DNA of 64,000 nucleotides from Haliotis rufescens (Eukaryota): NCBI RefSeq assembly GCF_023055435.1, contig NW_025964223.1, positions 39,680,001 to 39,744,000 of the forward strand, read 5' to 3'. Shown piece by piece: positions 21,201 to 35,960 of this stretch (position 1 is its first letter; each line of letters starts with the position of its first letter). The notes under the pieces were generated by a model. It saw only the letters and a program-made list of their open reading frames with translations, ran no database searches and was not told where the DNA came from. The position numbers and the translations under genes were made by a program.

Positions 21201-22907
21201 ATGAATTCCTTTTGGTTTCTCCCGAAATGTCTCTGGATTTGTGTTTGTTGGCATTGTAAACAAAACAGGCCATCTTTGACAACCAGCAAATATTCAACAT
21301 TTTGAAGCCCATTTTGCTTACGTTTTCCTTTAGATTAGTGTTGTATTATCTATTCCTTGATTTACCAGCTTGTTTGCCTATCATATTTAGACGCACGTTG
21401 TAAGTATTTCGGTAATTCTGGAGCCACCACGGTTGTTTCGACCCCCAAATTGACCACAATTCTGATCATGTTTATGAACGGCCCACACAAAAACGTCATC
21501 GATTCACCTTAACCGCAGTCTGTGACTTTAGCCACAAGTCCGTAGCCCAAGTCTAGTAAACTTTTCTTTCAGTCTAGTAAGCTTTGCTAATAAAGGTCCA
21601 TACATGAACACTAAGATGATCTTAGATCTACTGAAAATGATGGGGTGTTGTCTAAACCCTCATTGGCTCTGTGGGCTAAAACGCTAAAGCTTTGTTTCGC
21701 AAAAAAGGCTAGGGAAGGTCCATCAAACTGACAGGTTTTGGCAAGCAGCAAGTAACTGCCACAGGCTGTAAAACGCACTGTGATATTTTCCAGTCCCTGT
21801 GCTTTCGAAAATTGAGAATGATGTCTTAGGCCTTCAAAAGGCCTAATAATATTTTTAGTAAGATCTGGTTGGAATCCTAACTGCACATCAAGTCCAGTAA
21901 TCTTCTGTTCCTGATTTCAAACTACTTTCATTATTTAATGATGATACATGTGATATAGAAGAATGTCCTTTGAAAGGTTGATCAAATGATGAAAATTTAC
22001 TCATGTCATTTAATTGATATCTCAAATCAAAAGTCAGTAACTATGTCGAACGACTATGAATGTACATTACCAGTGACTATACATATTCCATACTTTTATG
22101 TTCTATTGCAGTTATTTCTTTTTTCCTCTTTATTATTCTTCTTATTATTCTCTTTCTTCTAAACAGATACTTTTTGTGGACTTGTTTAAATAAAGATGAA
22201 TTATGACAATATTATTATTTTCTCACCCTGTAACAGGTCCTAGGTTGTTTTTTTAATTACCTCATTGTCATTACTACATGCCTAGCAGGTGTGGGAGACA
22301 TGTACTTTGCCAGTCACACTGTCTTCATAACGACTTTTGGTATTTAGCTTTTAGCCATGAAATATGCTTATAGTTATAACATAAAAGCATCTTTCGATAT
22401 AAAAAAGCCCACTCTATTTATACTGATGAAACATCAAGATGTTATAAGTAACTTCATATCTATCTTGTTGACAGGTTTCTGTTGTTGTGATCGATTATCT
22501 GGATTCTACAGTTTTTCCTGTGTTTCACCTTGATCTGGTGCAAAGATCAACTCTAGAGGTATTCTCATCTAAACAACACACATAATATTGACATGTCCAA
22601 CTTCAAAACACAAGAACTCTAGCTTTTACATTCATCAAGGCAGGGTTTTTAGATTGGTTCACTTTCCAAGACATGGATTGTCATCTAAAATGTCCAACAG
22701 ATTGTTTTAAAATTTGGTATATATTTATATATAGTTGATAAAATGATGAAAATGTCCTCAAGCCAATTGTCTCCATCAAAATCCCTGTATAAGTACACAA
22801 TGTAAACCACTCATGTAAACAAGCTTAACACGTGTCAATACCTGTATTTTGTCCTTTGTGTGAAATGAATCTAAATAAATCCCACATTGATACTTCAGAG
22901 ACACAAC

Positions 22908-23918
22908 ATGCTGTGTCCCAGTGAGAGTTGGGTGAACCTGGATGACCCTCCCTGCCCCGACACTGATGCTGTCATCCCCTCCAGTCCTACAATGAGGTCC
23001 ACCAGCCTAATATGCCCCACCCCTAGATCCTCCATCTTCTACAATAGCATCCTACAACAGTTTGAACAACCTATTTCCTTCCCATCCTTCATCCCAAACC
23101 AGTATCTGAATATTCATAATGCAGGTTTTTTCAGTCCAAATACTAGTGTGCTTCATTCAGACTATCCTAACTTTACTTCTAACTGTACTGATTTCGATGT
23201 TTCCACCTTCCAGCCTCTTCAAGTTGACAGCGCATGCAGCCTACATCAAGAAACAATCAGCCAGACTTCATTGGGCTCGGGTTTCGATGTTTCCAGCTTC
23301 CAGCCTCTTCCTGTTGACAGTGAATGCAGTCTGGATCTTACAACATTTAGCCAGACTTCATTGGGCCCGGATTTTGATGACTCTACATTCCAGCCGCTTC
23401 CAATTGACAGTGAATGCAGCATAGGTGAAGCAGCAATCAGCCAGGCATCATTGGGCCCAGATATCGCTGTTTCGAGCTTCCAGCCTCTTCCGGTCGACAG
23501 TGAATGCAGCCTGGATCTACCAACAATCAGCGAGACGTCATTGGGCCCAGATTTTGATGATTCCACATTCAGGTAGCTTCAGGTTGACAGTGCTTGCAGC
23601 CTAGATCAAGCATCAATCAGCCAGACGTCATTGGGCCCTGAGTTTCATGATTCCACCTTCAGGCTGCCTTCAATTACCAGTGCATGCAGTCTAGATGAAG
23701 AAACAATCAGCCAGACGTCATTGGGCCCAGATTTGGATGATTCCATCTTCAGCAGTGAAAACAACCTGTCACAAGACTACAGCCAGACTTTGATGAAATC
23801 CTTTGTCAGCCCTGTTCCTGGGCGCAGTGGTTCCAGCCTGTCTCAGACCATCAGCCAAGTATCAAGTATTGAGGATTTCAGTGAATCCATCCTCATAGCC
23901 TATTCCTTTCAGCTGTGA
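22908..23918 (+). pseudogene. Ser-rich repeat protein copy 2, short form with premature stop
   Basis: Same 255-bp in-frame deletion as copies 3 and 4. AAG(K) to TAG at 23574-23576; the downstream frame stays open to the shared stop at 23918. Confidence 0.7.
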
Positions 23919-26900
23919 ATCCAGTCACAAGATATCAGCCAGAATGAATGAAAGTTTTGGCAAGAGCTCAATTTAAACCTTATCCCAGATTGCCCAGTTT
24001 CTTTTTGAAATATACTAAACATGTAAAAGCAGAAAGAAACGATTTACCATTACCATACCCCCCTTCTGCACTTGTAATGTATTTTCTCATTTCGGGTTTC
24101 TTTTGTATTTCTACAGATTTCTTCTTTGAATTAGTCCCAGGATAATAATCTAATGAAGGTTGCAGTAGCTCTCCTGCTGTGGACCTTGGCTTCATTTCAT
24201 TTCAGATCTATTCAGGTGCCATTACTGTGTCCAGCAACAGAGATCCAAGATCTAGCTCCAGCCAAAACTCCATCCACCTTGGTGACCTCTTCCTTGACTC
24301 AGGACTCAAGATTAAGTTTGAACTTCATGTATATCTGTGTTCAATAACAGTGACCCAGCTCCAGCAAAAGATCCACCTGCCCTCCTACTCTTTTCCGAAA
24401 CTCTTAAATGATTGTCCCAATACAAGCTGCTGGAACCATAACCTGATTCTGTGAAAGAGATTTGTCAGTGACATGATTCCCAGTCTCACTGGTAGCCAAT
24501 GCAGTTCTTTCAGGACCGGTGTTATGTGGTAGGGAATTAAGCATTGTGTGATGAGCCTGACGCCTGTATTTAGCACACACTGTATCTCGTGCAAATGACT
24601 TTGCTGAATGTCCTGCAGGAGATATTATTATCAGATTAAAGCACAAAATGCAGCAAACCCACTAAGAATGTTTTGGAGAAAGTGAAAACTCCCCAACACT
24701 GCAACCTTCTGCAATACACATATTGTCAGAAGGGCTTTATTCCTAGCAACAAACCTGGGTACTCTCCCAATTTCAGTCAACAGATTGGGAGGTACCAAAC
24801 CTAAGGCACCGAGAACAATGAGGAGTTGTCAACTTGGTTCTTGGGATGTAAGCGTGACATTTCAAAAGCGAGGTCTGCATATTTGCCATGTTTTTCCTCA
24901 ATCTTGTTAATCACATTAGTGTCAAAAGGGACAGAAAATTCAATAACAGAAATGATTTCATTCGACTTTTCAGGTTTGTCAGGTTTGTTGGCCTGGACAG
25001 GTGTAAGGCTGTATACTGGCCTATTCCAAAGAATTTTGTATTGATGATTTTCTATGACGCCCTCTACATATTGTTGGTCTGCTGTGGGTGGATTTGACTG
25101 ATCTGGCACAGTCAGGCTTGTTAGGCTCATCATCAGCTCAGGGTCCTTGCCTCCTCTACATGTTGCCCAGACAGCAAATGGGACTTCTCCCAGGAAGGGC
25201 TGCCAAGTCAAACCGTCCCAGAACGTTTCTGAGAATGTTAAGACTCCCTAACACTGCAGCCTTCTGCATTACCCAGATTGTCAGAAGGGCTGTATTTCTG
25301 GCAACAAACCCTGGTACTCTCCAAATGTCAGTCAACAGATTTGGAGGTACCAAACCTAAGGCACCGAGAACTTGGAAAACTTGGTACTTGGGATGCTAGC
25401 GTGCTACGTACTGACAGTAATTGGCAGTAATTAGCATTCCTCATCATTCACTATCACCAAAGATCAGTTATTTTAGGAGTTTACCTGCTTTTCATTGGCA
25501 ACCTGGTCTTTCATGGTTTTTCACTTGTGGCATCATAAACATTGCTTAAGTTGGGCAACCAATTGCCACATATATTGGCCAACAGGTGGTAGTTGTCATT
25601 TAGGCCGGCAGCGGTAGTTATCATGTCCCTGCTAGCGGTAGTTGCCACGATGTTTTTACAACATTAGCTGCTATTTTCTCCAAGCAGCAGTAGTTGCTTC
25701 CAGGGCCAAACAGTGGAAGTTATCATGTCACTGGCAGCGGAAGTTGCCACAATCCTTTTACAACGGTAGTTGCCTTAGGGCAGTAGAGGGAGCTGCTCAT
25801 TGACATTGACAGAGGTAGTTGCCATGACAACAGTAGCTTTTTGTGTAATTTACTAGAAGCTTAGTAGCACTAGGACCTGCACACCCTCAGCCCATGTTCT
25901 AATTGGTAAGGGCGTCCTGTGTGTGGTAACCCATAACCCCCTCCCTCTCCTTGGTATAACGTGCAATAACTACTATTTATTTCAGAGGATATGCTTGTTG
26001 GTGGTGAAGGTGTGGCTATAAGGGGAGGTGGAGGCCACCTTTACTAGTAATTTCTTGCTTGTTAAAAGATAAATACAAATCTGCCAAATTTGGTTTTACT
26101 GCACAACTTAGCAATCATAACGAATCACTGATGTTTATTGATATGTATAATCTGCATCGTAAGTATATATATCAACAATGTACAGACTGCCTGTTGTTTA
26201 TTTGAACTGCCAGTAATGACCATGATTACTATTTTTTATTTCAGTGGATATGTTTTGGTGGTGAAGGTGTGGCTATAAGGGGAGGTGGAGGCCACTTTAA
26301 GTGTAAAACAATGTATTTGTTTTCCCCTTGAAATATCTGACACACAATTAATAAGACAATTAATTTTTTTATGGACTTAATAAATACGATTTTAATTGGA
26401 GGCACAATTTTGTCTTATGTTTTTATTCCCCTAATCAGGGAGTGAGTGAGTGAGTTGAGTTTAACTCTGCTTTAGCCAGTGTTTCAGTCATATCACACTG
26501 CGTCTGCTCAAAGTGACAGAGGCTTGTAGTGGTTTCCCACTAATGAAATGCATGAGCACTGTACGAGGATGACAGGCTTAGTATTTTGATTGGAACAAGA
26601 GTGGTCTTTGAACCTGTGACAGGCAGGTCCTGGCATGACAAACGCCACTGGGTCACACAAAGGACTGTCACTAGGGAGAGAATCAGTCAGTATGATTCCC
26701 ATTTGACATAGTTATCCAAATAACACAAATAAATGGCTCTGAATAAACACTGTTTACCAAGATTCATCAAGATCCAATTCCATTAGTAGTGAGGTAACAA
26801 TAAAACAAATAATATTTTAGCATGCCTCAAAGTGAGATTGAGCAATCAGAGAGCAGAACTACTGACCCCACATGAGCCCGTATACCGTCAGTAAAAATCC

Positions 26901-29900
26901 AGGATGGTTGATACTGACCTAATATGTGACGTGTACCGTTACTTACAGCCATTTTGGATTTTCCAACATCCACGTCACACATTTCACATGAAAATACTGG
27001 AACAGAAGTTCGTTATTCGACACTGTTCTGTGTTTTAATATCATTAATTTTGATGTGCAAGGACGTTAATGTTTTTTTGGATCACCTTCATGATAAAGTG
27101 TATGTAAAGTTAAAATTATCAACAAGGTTTGGCCTCTGGGGTTTGAAGAGTAGTCTCCCTTTGATCCTTAACGTTGTCAGTGTTAGGTTTTGACACGACG
27201 CGCGACAAACATACCAAAAAGTGTATACTTTTCGGCATAATAAAATCATTATGGTGCCTTTAGTTGCCGTATACGGTGTCATAACAGGTTAGCAGACCGC
27301 TATTGAAATGCATGACCACTGCTATGAGGCTGGCAGGCTATACGTATAATGATTGGAACAAAAGTTGGCTGGTCAAAGAACCTTTTCATTAAATACAAGC
27401 ATGCTGTGAAGTAATTATGCCATTCCTGTAAGCTGCCTTGAGTAGGAACAAAATATATAGCAAGAAAACTTGCCTAGAGTCATCAACACAGTGCTAAAAC
27501 TCTCTCTGTGTGCACGAAAGTGTTGATAGTGTTAAACAATAATTATATTTTTAACCTTAACATCTTTTACATGATGACAGTACATTATGTATTCACACTG
27601 TTAAGGCGGGTGGGTGAGTGAGTGAGTGAGCTGGGTCAAACACCGCTTAAAACAATATTTTGTACTTATGGTGTGTCGGCTTAGTGTGGGAGGAAAGCCC
27701 ATGGGGATGCAGGTCTCAGACGTTTACCACTTTGGTGAAACCCAACGAGCATGGGTATGGTGCTGAGAAACCTAGAAACATAACCGTTGTGAACCGGAAT
27801 TAAATCCTGGTTTCTCGCGTTTCTAAGGGACGCAACTCTTCACAGCGAATTGCGGCGCCTCAGACAACTGGGTCACCCTTGTCCCACCACTGATAAAAGT
27901 GAACATATGAGACTACAGTACACAAAGCAATAAACGTCAAACTTCAAAAATCACACAGATGATGATACTATCACAAATCTATTGCTGTAGCCTTTCGTGA
28001 AAGTTTACACACCAATTATTTCTTTAATAGTCAATGAAGCGTACATAAACTTCTGAAAAATTCACCCTTGGTTATTGTAGCGAAGTGTCTAGTTTACATG
28101 CTGGAATTCAAGGTGTCTTTAAAAATGTAGGTGATATTAGGTCTTCAGCAACCGCTGCTTGCTGTAAAAGGCGACTGTCGTAAGATGCGACTAACGGGAT
28201 CGGACGGTCAGGCTGACTGACTTGGTTGAAGCATGTCATCGACCCCAATTGTGTGGATTGATGCACATGATATGAATCACTGCACTGTCTGCGACGTTAA
28301 ACAACAAACAAACAAACAAACAAACAAACAAATATTATACCTGGAAACATTCAAAGGAGGAGGAAATCGTGAGCACAGTGTTTTGGCGTGATTCCGTTTA
28401 TTAACGTGCAAATTATCATTATAATTACAAACTAATTACAAACATGTTATCCTAAACAAAATGCAATAAGACAAATAAATGTTAAATCTTTCTCTGGTAA
28501 ATAATACAATCTATGAGTAATATATTTTACAATAACTTCGGTAATTGTGTTTTCATATTAGCATAGTTTATAAACCTAACTCATATACAGAAAACACAGT
28601 GTGATATTGAAACAATACCGAACATGTAACTATCATAGTCATACAGTAAAAATAACACCAAAGGCTCCCAGTACATAGGGATTACAAGTGTGGGCATTCA
28701 TTTTACATATTCATCGAAAGCTAAGTGCACCTCATATATGCAACATGATTTCAACTAAATGAACAAATATACATGTAAATACACCAATAAACCATTAAAT
28801 AATGCACACACATATATAAAGTAAAAATAATGACTCTGTGAACCTGCTTACCTTGAACAGAGAAGGAACCTGTGAACACAGTGTTTGGAAGTGACGTTAA
28901 CGCGGCGATAAACACGAAAAAACCAAGCCAAAGATGGAAAGAAATATAATCATCAATACTCTAAGTATATCACTGCTGCCTGGACATAATCGTCTGGGTA
29001 GAAGTCCCAGTGGTTGATACAATGAGCAATGATACAGCTGTCAGTTTACGATGACGCACCATTAACAAGGTCATATTCACAGTCCAAAAGTCAGAAAACC
29101 TGAGTCCAACAATATATTTTTGTCTTGCAAGTTAGTATATGATAACGGTATGTCATGTTTGTTTGACATCCATGTCAGCAGTCTGCAGTCTGTGTTTAAG
29201 TTTGTTTGTTTGTTTGTTGTTTAACGCCGCACTCAGCAATATTCCAGCCATATGACGGTGGTCTGTAAAAAATCGAATCTGAACCAGACAATCCAGTGAT
29301 TGATAACATGAGCATGGATCCACGCAATTGGGATACGATGACATGCATCAACCAAGTCAGCGAGCCTGACCACCCGATCCCATTAGTCGCCTCTTACGAC
29401 AAGCATAGGTGCAGAAGACGTATTCTAACCCGGATCTAGACGGGTCGGTATGTCATGTAAGTGAGTGGGTGACTTTTAACGCCGCATTATACAGTATTTC
29501 AGTTATACAAACGGCGTGTCTGCTCAGAATGGGAGGAAATCCAGAAGTGATGCAGGTCTGAGACTATTACATTTTGTAAAAGCCCACAATCACAGTGTGG
29601 TATTTACAAATAAAGGACATAATACTTGGGCCTATTTGGGATTCATTTTGTCAGAATAAGAATTGTGTATATAAATAGGGGCGTGTTTATTTAATTATAT
29701 GTATGTAACCATGGCGATAATGTTTCGCTTTTACACTTACACACAAATATGAATGTAATCAGTCCCGTGTATACGGACAGCCGTATCGGAACCAATGGCG
29801 GCAAATGTAGGAAGTCGGCACTTCTAGTATAATAAAAGGATGAAGGTGACCCACTCTCCAATGTACCGCAGGGTTGAAGCCTCCTCTCTCTCTCTCCCCC

Positions 29901-32480
29901 CCCTCCCCTTTCCGCCTAGACGCTAGGGTCGAGTTAAGAGGGTGTCGTTTGAGCCTACTACATCGACTTCATGCACCAGCTTAATTTTATGCCGGTTAAA
30001 AAACGAATGACACTTTTTAAAAAAAATATGATATTATTAATTCCTTTAACATAAGATTTAATGGCCACTGTTCAAATCCCCAGAAAATGTACGTGTATTA
30101 TGTACTCATTTATTTCACCTGTTTCTTTATTCAGATAATTCAGTTTAAATAATCAACCCAGACTGACAAGCATGGGGAACCACTTATACATCCGATCGTC
30201 TTTAGGCACTTTCTCAAATATTCTTCACAAAAGACTTTTGATACAGACAACTGACTCTTGTATTATTTTGAATAAACATTTTCTTCAATCTTCATCGGCA
30301 CCGTCATGTCACGTTTAAACCTAAAAGAGACTAACTCCTAATATCGCTAACGATTGTCATTGATGTTGCGCGATAATTTGCGGGTCTTCGTGTGAACGAG
30401 TTGACTAGTTTCCTTTCCGCCAGGCTCCGTCTCTACATGTTACAAAGTTGACGCAGCGCACAGAGAGTCGGCAACCAGCAGTACATTTTATTTAAATGTA
30501 AGTTTTATTTTGCGATTATTATTTAAATAATGTTCTACTGGATATAGAAGCATATTTCCATTCGTGAATACAAAAAAACTTTTGGTTCAAATCTATTTCC
30601 GGTGTTGCTACGGTAACAGTTCATAACAAGTTCAAGACCCGGCTCTTACGATTCTTCGTTGACAGAAGCGTATCGTTGCTATTTCAGTTGTTATTTTAAC
30701 AGATTTCAGAGACCTGTTTGAGTTCAAGTGGCTTCTTGTTTCTGCAGACAGGTTTGTAGATGTTATTTTGTATGAATTCCTTTTGGTTTCTCCCGAAATG
30801 TCTCCGGATTTGTGTTTGTTGGAATTGTAAACAAAACAGGCCGTCTTTGACAACCAGCAAATATTCAACATTTTGAAGCCCATTTTGCTTACGTTTTCCT
30901 TTAGATTACTGTTGTATTATCTATTCCTTCATTTACCAGCTTGTTTGCCTATCATATTTAGACGCACGTTGTAAGTATTTCGGTAATTCTGGAGCCACCA
31001 CGGTTGTTTCGACCCCCAAATTGACCTCAAATCTGATCATGTTTATGAACGGCCCACACAAAAACGTCATCGATTCACCTCAACCGCAGTCTGTGACTTT
31101 AGCCACCAGTCCGTAGCCCAAGTCTAGTAAACTTTTCTTTCAGTCTAGTAAGCTTTGCTAATAAAGGTCCATACATGAACACTAAGATGATCTTAGATCT
31201 ACTGAAAATGATGGGGTGTTGTCTAAACCGTCATCGGTTTCTGTGGGCTAAAACGCTAAAGCTTTGTTTCGCAAAACAAGTCTAGGGAAGATCCATCAAA
31301 CTGACAGGTTTTGGCAAGCAGCAAGTTACTGCCACAGGCTGTCAAACGCACTGTGATATTTTCCAGTCCCTGTGCTTTCGAAAATTGAGAATGATGTCTT
31401 AGGCCTTCAAAAGGCCTAATAATATTTTTAGTCAGATCTGGTTGGAATCCTAACTGCACATCAAGTCCAGTAATCTTCTGTTCCTGATTTCAAACTACTT
31501 TCATTATTTAATGATGATACATGTGATATAGAAGAATGTCCTTTGAAAGGTTGATCAAATGATGAAAATTTACTCATGTCATTTAATTGATATCTCAAAT
31601 CAAAAGTCAGTAACTATGTCGAACGACTATGAATGTACATTACCAGTGACTATACATATTCCATACTTTTATGTTCTATTGCAGTTATTTCTTTTTTCCT
31701 CTTTATTATTCTTCTTATTATTCTCTTTCTTCTAAACAGATACTTTTTGTGGACTTGTTTAAATAAAGATGAATTATGACAATATTATTATTTTCTCACC
31801 CTGTAACAGGTCCTAGGTTGTTTTTTTAATTACCTCATTGTCATTACTACATGCCTAGCAAGTGTGGGAGACATGTACTTTGCCAGTCACACTGTCTTCA
31901 TAACGACTTTTGGTATTTAGCTTTTAGCCATGAAATATGCTTATAGTTATAACATAAAAGCATCTTTCGATATAAAAAAGCCCACTCTATTTATACTGAT
32001 GAAACATCAAGATGTTAGAAGTAACTTCATGTCTATCTTGTTGACAGGTTTCTGTTGTTTTGATCGATTATCTGGATTCTACAGTTTTTCCTGTGTTTCA
32101 CCTTGATCTGGTGCAAAGATCAACTCTAGAGGTATTCTCATCTAAACAACACACATAATATTGACATGTCCAACTTCAAAACACAAGAACTCTAGCTTTT
32201 ACATTCATCAAGGCAGGGTTTTTAGATTGGTTCACTTTCCAAGACATGGATTGTCATCTAAAATGTCCAACAGATTGTTTTAAAATTTGGTATATATTTA
32301 TATATAGTTGATAAAATGATGAAAATGTCCTCAAGCCAATTGTCTCCATCAAAATCCCTGTATAAGTACACAATGTAAACCACTCATGTAAACAAGCTTA
32401 ACACGTGTCAATACCTGTATATTGTCCTTTGTGTGAAATGAATCTAAATAAATCCCACATTGATACTTCAGAGACACAAC

Positions 32481-33491
32481 ATGCTGTGTCCCAGTGAGAG
32501 TTGGGTGAACCTGGATGACCCTCCCTGCCCCGACACTGATGCTGTCATCCCCTCCAGTCCTACAATGAGGTCCACCAGCCTAATATGCCCCACCCCTAGA
32601 TCCTCCATCTTCTACAATAGCATCCTACAACAGTTTGAACAACCTATTTCCTTCCCATCCTTCATCCCAAACCAGTATCTGAATATTCATAATGCAGGTT
32701 TTTTCAGTCCAAATACTAGTGTGCTTCATTCAGACTATCCTAACTTTACTTCTAACTGTACTGATTTCGATGTTTCCACCTTCCAGCCTCTTCAAGTTGA
32801 CAGCGCATGCAGCCTACATCAAGAAACAATCAGCCAGACTTCATTGGGCCCGGGTTTCGATGTTTCCAGCTTCCAGCCTCTTCCTGTTGACAGTGAATGC
32901 AGTCTGGATCTTACAACATTTAGCCAGACTTCATTGGGCCCGGATTTTGATGATTCTACATTCCAGCCGCTTCCAATTGACAGTGAATGCAGCATAGGTG
33001 AAGCAGCAATCAGCCAGGCATCATTGGGCCCAGATATAGCTGTTTCGAGCTTCCAGCCTCTTCCGGTCGACAGTGAATGCAGCCTGGATCTACCAACAAT
33101 CAGCGAGACGTCATTGGGCCCAGATTTTGATGATTCCACATTCAGGAAGCTTCAGGTTGACAGTGCTTGCAGCCTAGATCAAGCATCAATCAGCCAGACG
33201 TCATTGGGCCCTGAGTTTCATGATTCCACCTTCAGGCTGCCTTCAATTACCAGTGCATGCAGTCTAGATGAAGAAACAATCAGCCAGACGTCATTGGGCC
33301 CAGATTTGGATGATTCCATCTTCAGCAGTGAAAGCAACCTGTCACAAGACTACAGCCAGACTTTGATGAAATCCTTTGTCAGCCCTGTTCCTGGGCGCAG
33401 TGGTTCCAGCCTGTCTCAGACCATCAGCCAAGTATCAAGTATTGAGGATTTCAGTGAATCCATCCTCATAGCCTATTCCTTTCAGCTGTGA
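32481..33491 (+). CDS. Ser-rich repeat protein copy 3, short form (336 aa)
   Basis: Intact ORF lacking 85 codons relative to copy 1 (junction NCTD|FDVST). Confidence 0.65.
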   Translation: MLCPSESWVNLDDPPCPDTDAVIPSSPTMRSTSLICPTPRSSIFYNSILQQFEQPISFPSFIPNQYLNIHNAGFFSPNTSVLHSDYPNFTSNCTDFDVSTFQPLQVDSACSLHQETISQTSLGPGFDVSSFQPLPVDSECSLDLTTFSQTSLGPDFDDSTFQPLPIDSECSIGEAAISQASLGPDIAVSSFQPLPVDSECSLDLPTISETSLGPDFDDSTFRKLQVDSACSLDQASISQTSLGPEFHDSTFRLPSITSACSLDEETISQTSLGPDLDDSIFSSESNLSQDYSQTLMKSFVSPVPGRSGSSLSQTISQVSSIEDFSESILIAYSFQL

Positions 33492-33933
33492 ATCCAGTCA
33501 CAAGATATCAGCCAGAATGAATGAAAGTTTTGGCAAGAGCTCAATTTAAACTTTATCCCAGATTGCCCAGTTTCTTTTTGAAATATACTAAACATGTAAA
33601 AGCAGAAAGAAACGATTTACCATTACCATAACCCCCCTTCTGCACTTGTAATGCATTTTCTCATTTCGGGTTTCTTTTGTATTTCAACAGATTTCTTCTT
33701 TGAATTAGTCCCAGGATAATAATCTTATGAAGGTTGCAGTAGCTCTCCTGCTGTGGACCTTGGCTTCATTTCATTTCAGATCTATTCAGGTGCCATTACT
33801 GTGTCGAGCAACAGAGATCCAAGATCTAGCTCCAGCCAAAACTCCATCCACCTTGGTGACCCCTTCCTTGGCTCAGGACTCAAGATTTAGTTTGAACTTC
33901 ATGTATATCCACCTGCCCTTCTACTCTTTTCAG

Positions 33934-34028
33934 GGGCGGTCGGGTAGCCTAGTGGTTAAAGCGTTCGCTCGTCAGGCTGAAGACCCGGGTTCGATTCCTG
34001 ACATGGGTACAATGTGTGAAGCCCATTT
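33934..34028 (+). mobile_element. tRNA-derived SINE, 3'-deleted copy
   Basis: Same insertion point and head as 44155-44319 (A box TAGCCTAGTGG, B box GGTTCGATTCC). The 3' half and tail are missing. Confidence 0.85.
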
Positions 34029-35308
34029 TCTTTCCAGAAACTCTTAAATGATTGTCCCAAATACAAGCTGCTGGAACCATAACTTGATTCTGTGAAAGAG
34101 ATTTGTCAGTGACATGATTCCCAGTCTCACTGGTAGCCAATGCAGTTCTTTCAGGACCGGTGTTATGTGGTAGGGAATTAAGCATTGTGTGATGAGCCTG
34201 ACGCCTGTATTTAGCACACACTGTATCTCGTGCAAATGACTTTGCTGAATGTCCTGCAGGGGATATTATTATAAGATTAAAGCACAAAATGCAGCAAATT
34301 GGGTTTGGGTGATCCTGGCACAGTCAGGCTGGTTAGGCTTATAATCAGCTCAGGGTTCTTGCCCCCTCTACACCCAGCCCAGACAGCAAATGGGAATTCT
34401 CCCAGGAAGCGCTGCCTAGTCAAACCCACTAAGAATGTTTTGGAGAAAGTGAAAACTCCCCAACACTGCAACCTTCTGCAATACACATATTGTCAGAAGG
34501 GCTTTATTCCTAGCAACAAACCTGGGTACTCTCCCAATTTCAGTCAACAGATTGGGAGGTACCAAACCTAAGGCACCGAGAACAATGAGGAGTTGTCAAC
34601 TTGGTTCTTGGGATGTAAGCGTGACATTTCGAAAGCGAGGTCTGCATATTTGCCATGTTTTTCCTCAATCTTGTTAATCACATTAGTGTCAAAAGGGACA
34701 GAAAATTCAATAACAGAAATGATTTCATTCGACTTTTCAGGTTTGTCAGGTTTGTTGGCCTGGACAGGTGTGAGGCTGTATACTGGCCTATTCCAAAGAA
34801 TTTTGTATTGATGATTTTCTATGACGCCCTCTACATATTGTTGGTCTGCTGTGGGTGGATTTGACTGATCTGGCACAGTCAGGCTTGTTAGGCTCATCAT
34901 CAGCTCAGGGTCCTTGCCTCCTCTACATGTTGCCCAGACAGCAAATGGGACTTCTCCCAGGAAGGGCTGCCAAGTCAAACCGTCCCAGAACATTTCTGAG
35001 AATGTTAAGACTCCCTAACACTGCAGCCTTCTGCATTACCCAGATTGTCAGAAGGGCTGTATTTCTGGCAACAAACCCGGGTACTCTCCCAATGTCAGTC
35101 AACAGATTTGGAGGTACTAAACCTAAGGCACCAAGAACAATGGGGAGTCGGACAACTTGGTACTTGGGTTGCGAGCGTGCTACATACTGACAGTAATTGG
35201 CATCATTCACTATCACCAAAGATCAGTTATTTTAGGAGTTTACCTGCTTTTCATTGGCAACCTGGTCTTTCATGGTTTTTCACTTGTGGCATCATAAACA
35301 TTGCTTAA

Positions 35309-35960
35309 AGGGCAAGTTCACACGGAAATGAACCAATTTTTCTTGTACTTTTTCCACAATAAAAGTGTTAACCTAGAAGTGTCATAGACAAAAATATAAA
35401 AATATCACAATTAATTAACATATGTTTTGCATTAAAACGATTTATATTTTTCACATTTACCAAGTGTTCTATTTCCATAACAAAAACACCATGGCTTATG
35501 CCCCTTGCAATATGACGTCATTGGTGCCAATTGATAAACATTATGACGTCATCATGCTTTGTTAGAGCCGCTTCACGTGGTGTAGGTACAGTTTTGTGAT
35601 TCTAGCGTCTCAGATGCCAGCCAGCATAGTGTTATGCTGAGTCACCACTGCGCCGGAGTGTGTCGTAGGCCATGTTGTTTTACCGCAAACTTGTACTTGA
35701 TATCTTTTGCGTTCAGAATAGACAGGGACCCAGTTGAATTGGCACCAATTACGTCATAATCTAAGGGGGATAACTCAGGCCAGTTTAGCTCGAAAAACGA
35801 AGGCCTCATAACGGCATATCATTTTCACACTATTGTGAGCTTCCTACTTTCACTGTGAAAAAAATGAGTGTATATTTTCAAACACAGATACTAACTAATT
35901 CTAAAATTGCGTTTTGTTTAGAAAAAGAAAGAAAGTGATTTTTGCGTGTACACTTCCCCT
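35309..35960. mobile_element. Non-autonomous DNA transposon (MITE), Kolobok-type
   Basis: TTAA TSD (35305-35308 / 35961-35964) versus the empty site CATTGC-TTAA-GTTGGG in other units. Imperfect 16-bp TIRs AGGGCAAGTTCACACG / CGTGTACACTTCCCCT. Internal inverted repeats around TGACGTCATTGGTGCCAATT. AG...CT termini with a TTAA TSD fit Kolobok rather than piggyBac. Confidence 0.8.

Noticed and set aside
23246-23566. Antisense and alternate-frame ORFs over the Ser-rich gene and the Gypsy pol
   Set aside because: Shadow ORFs produced by repeat or codon structure; not maintained consistently across copies.
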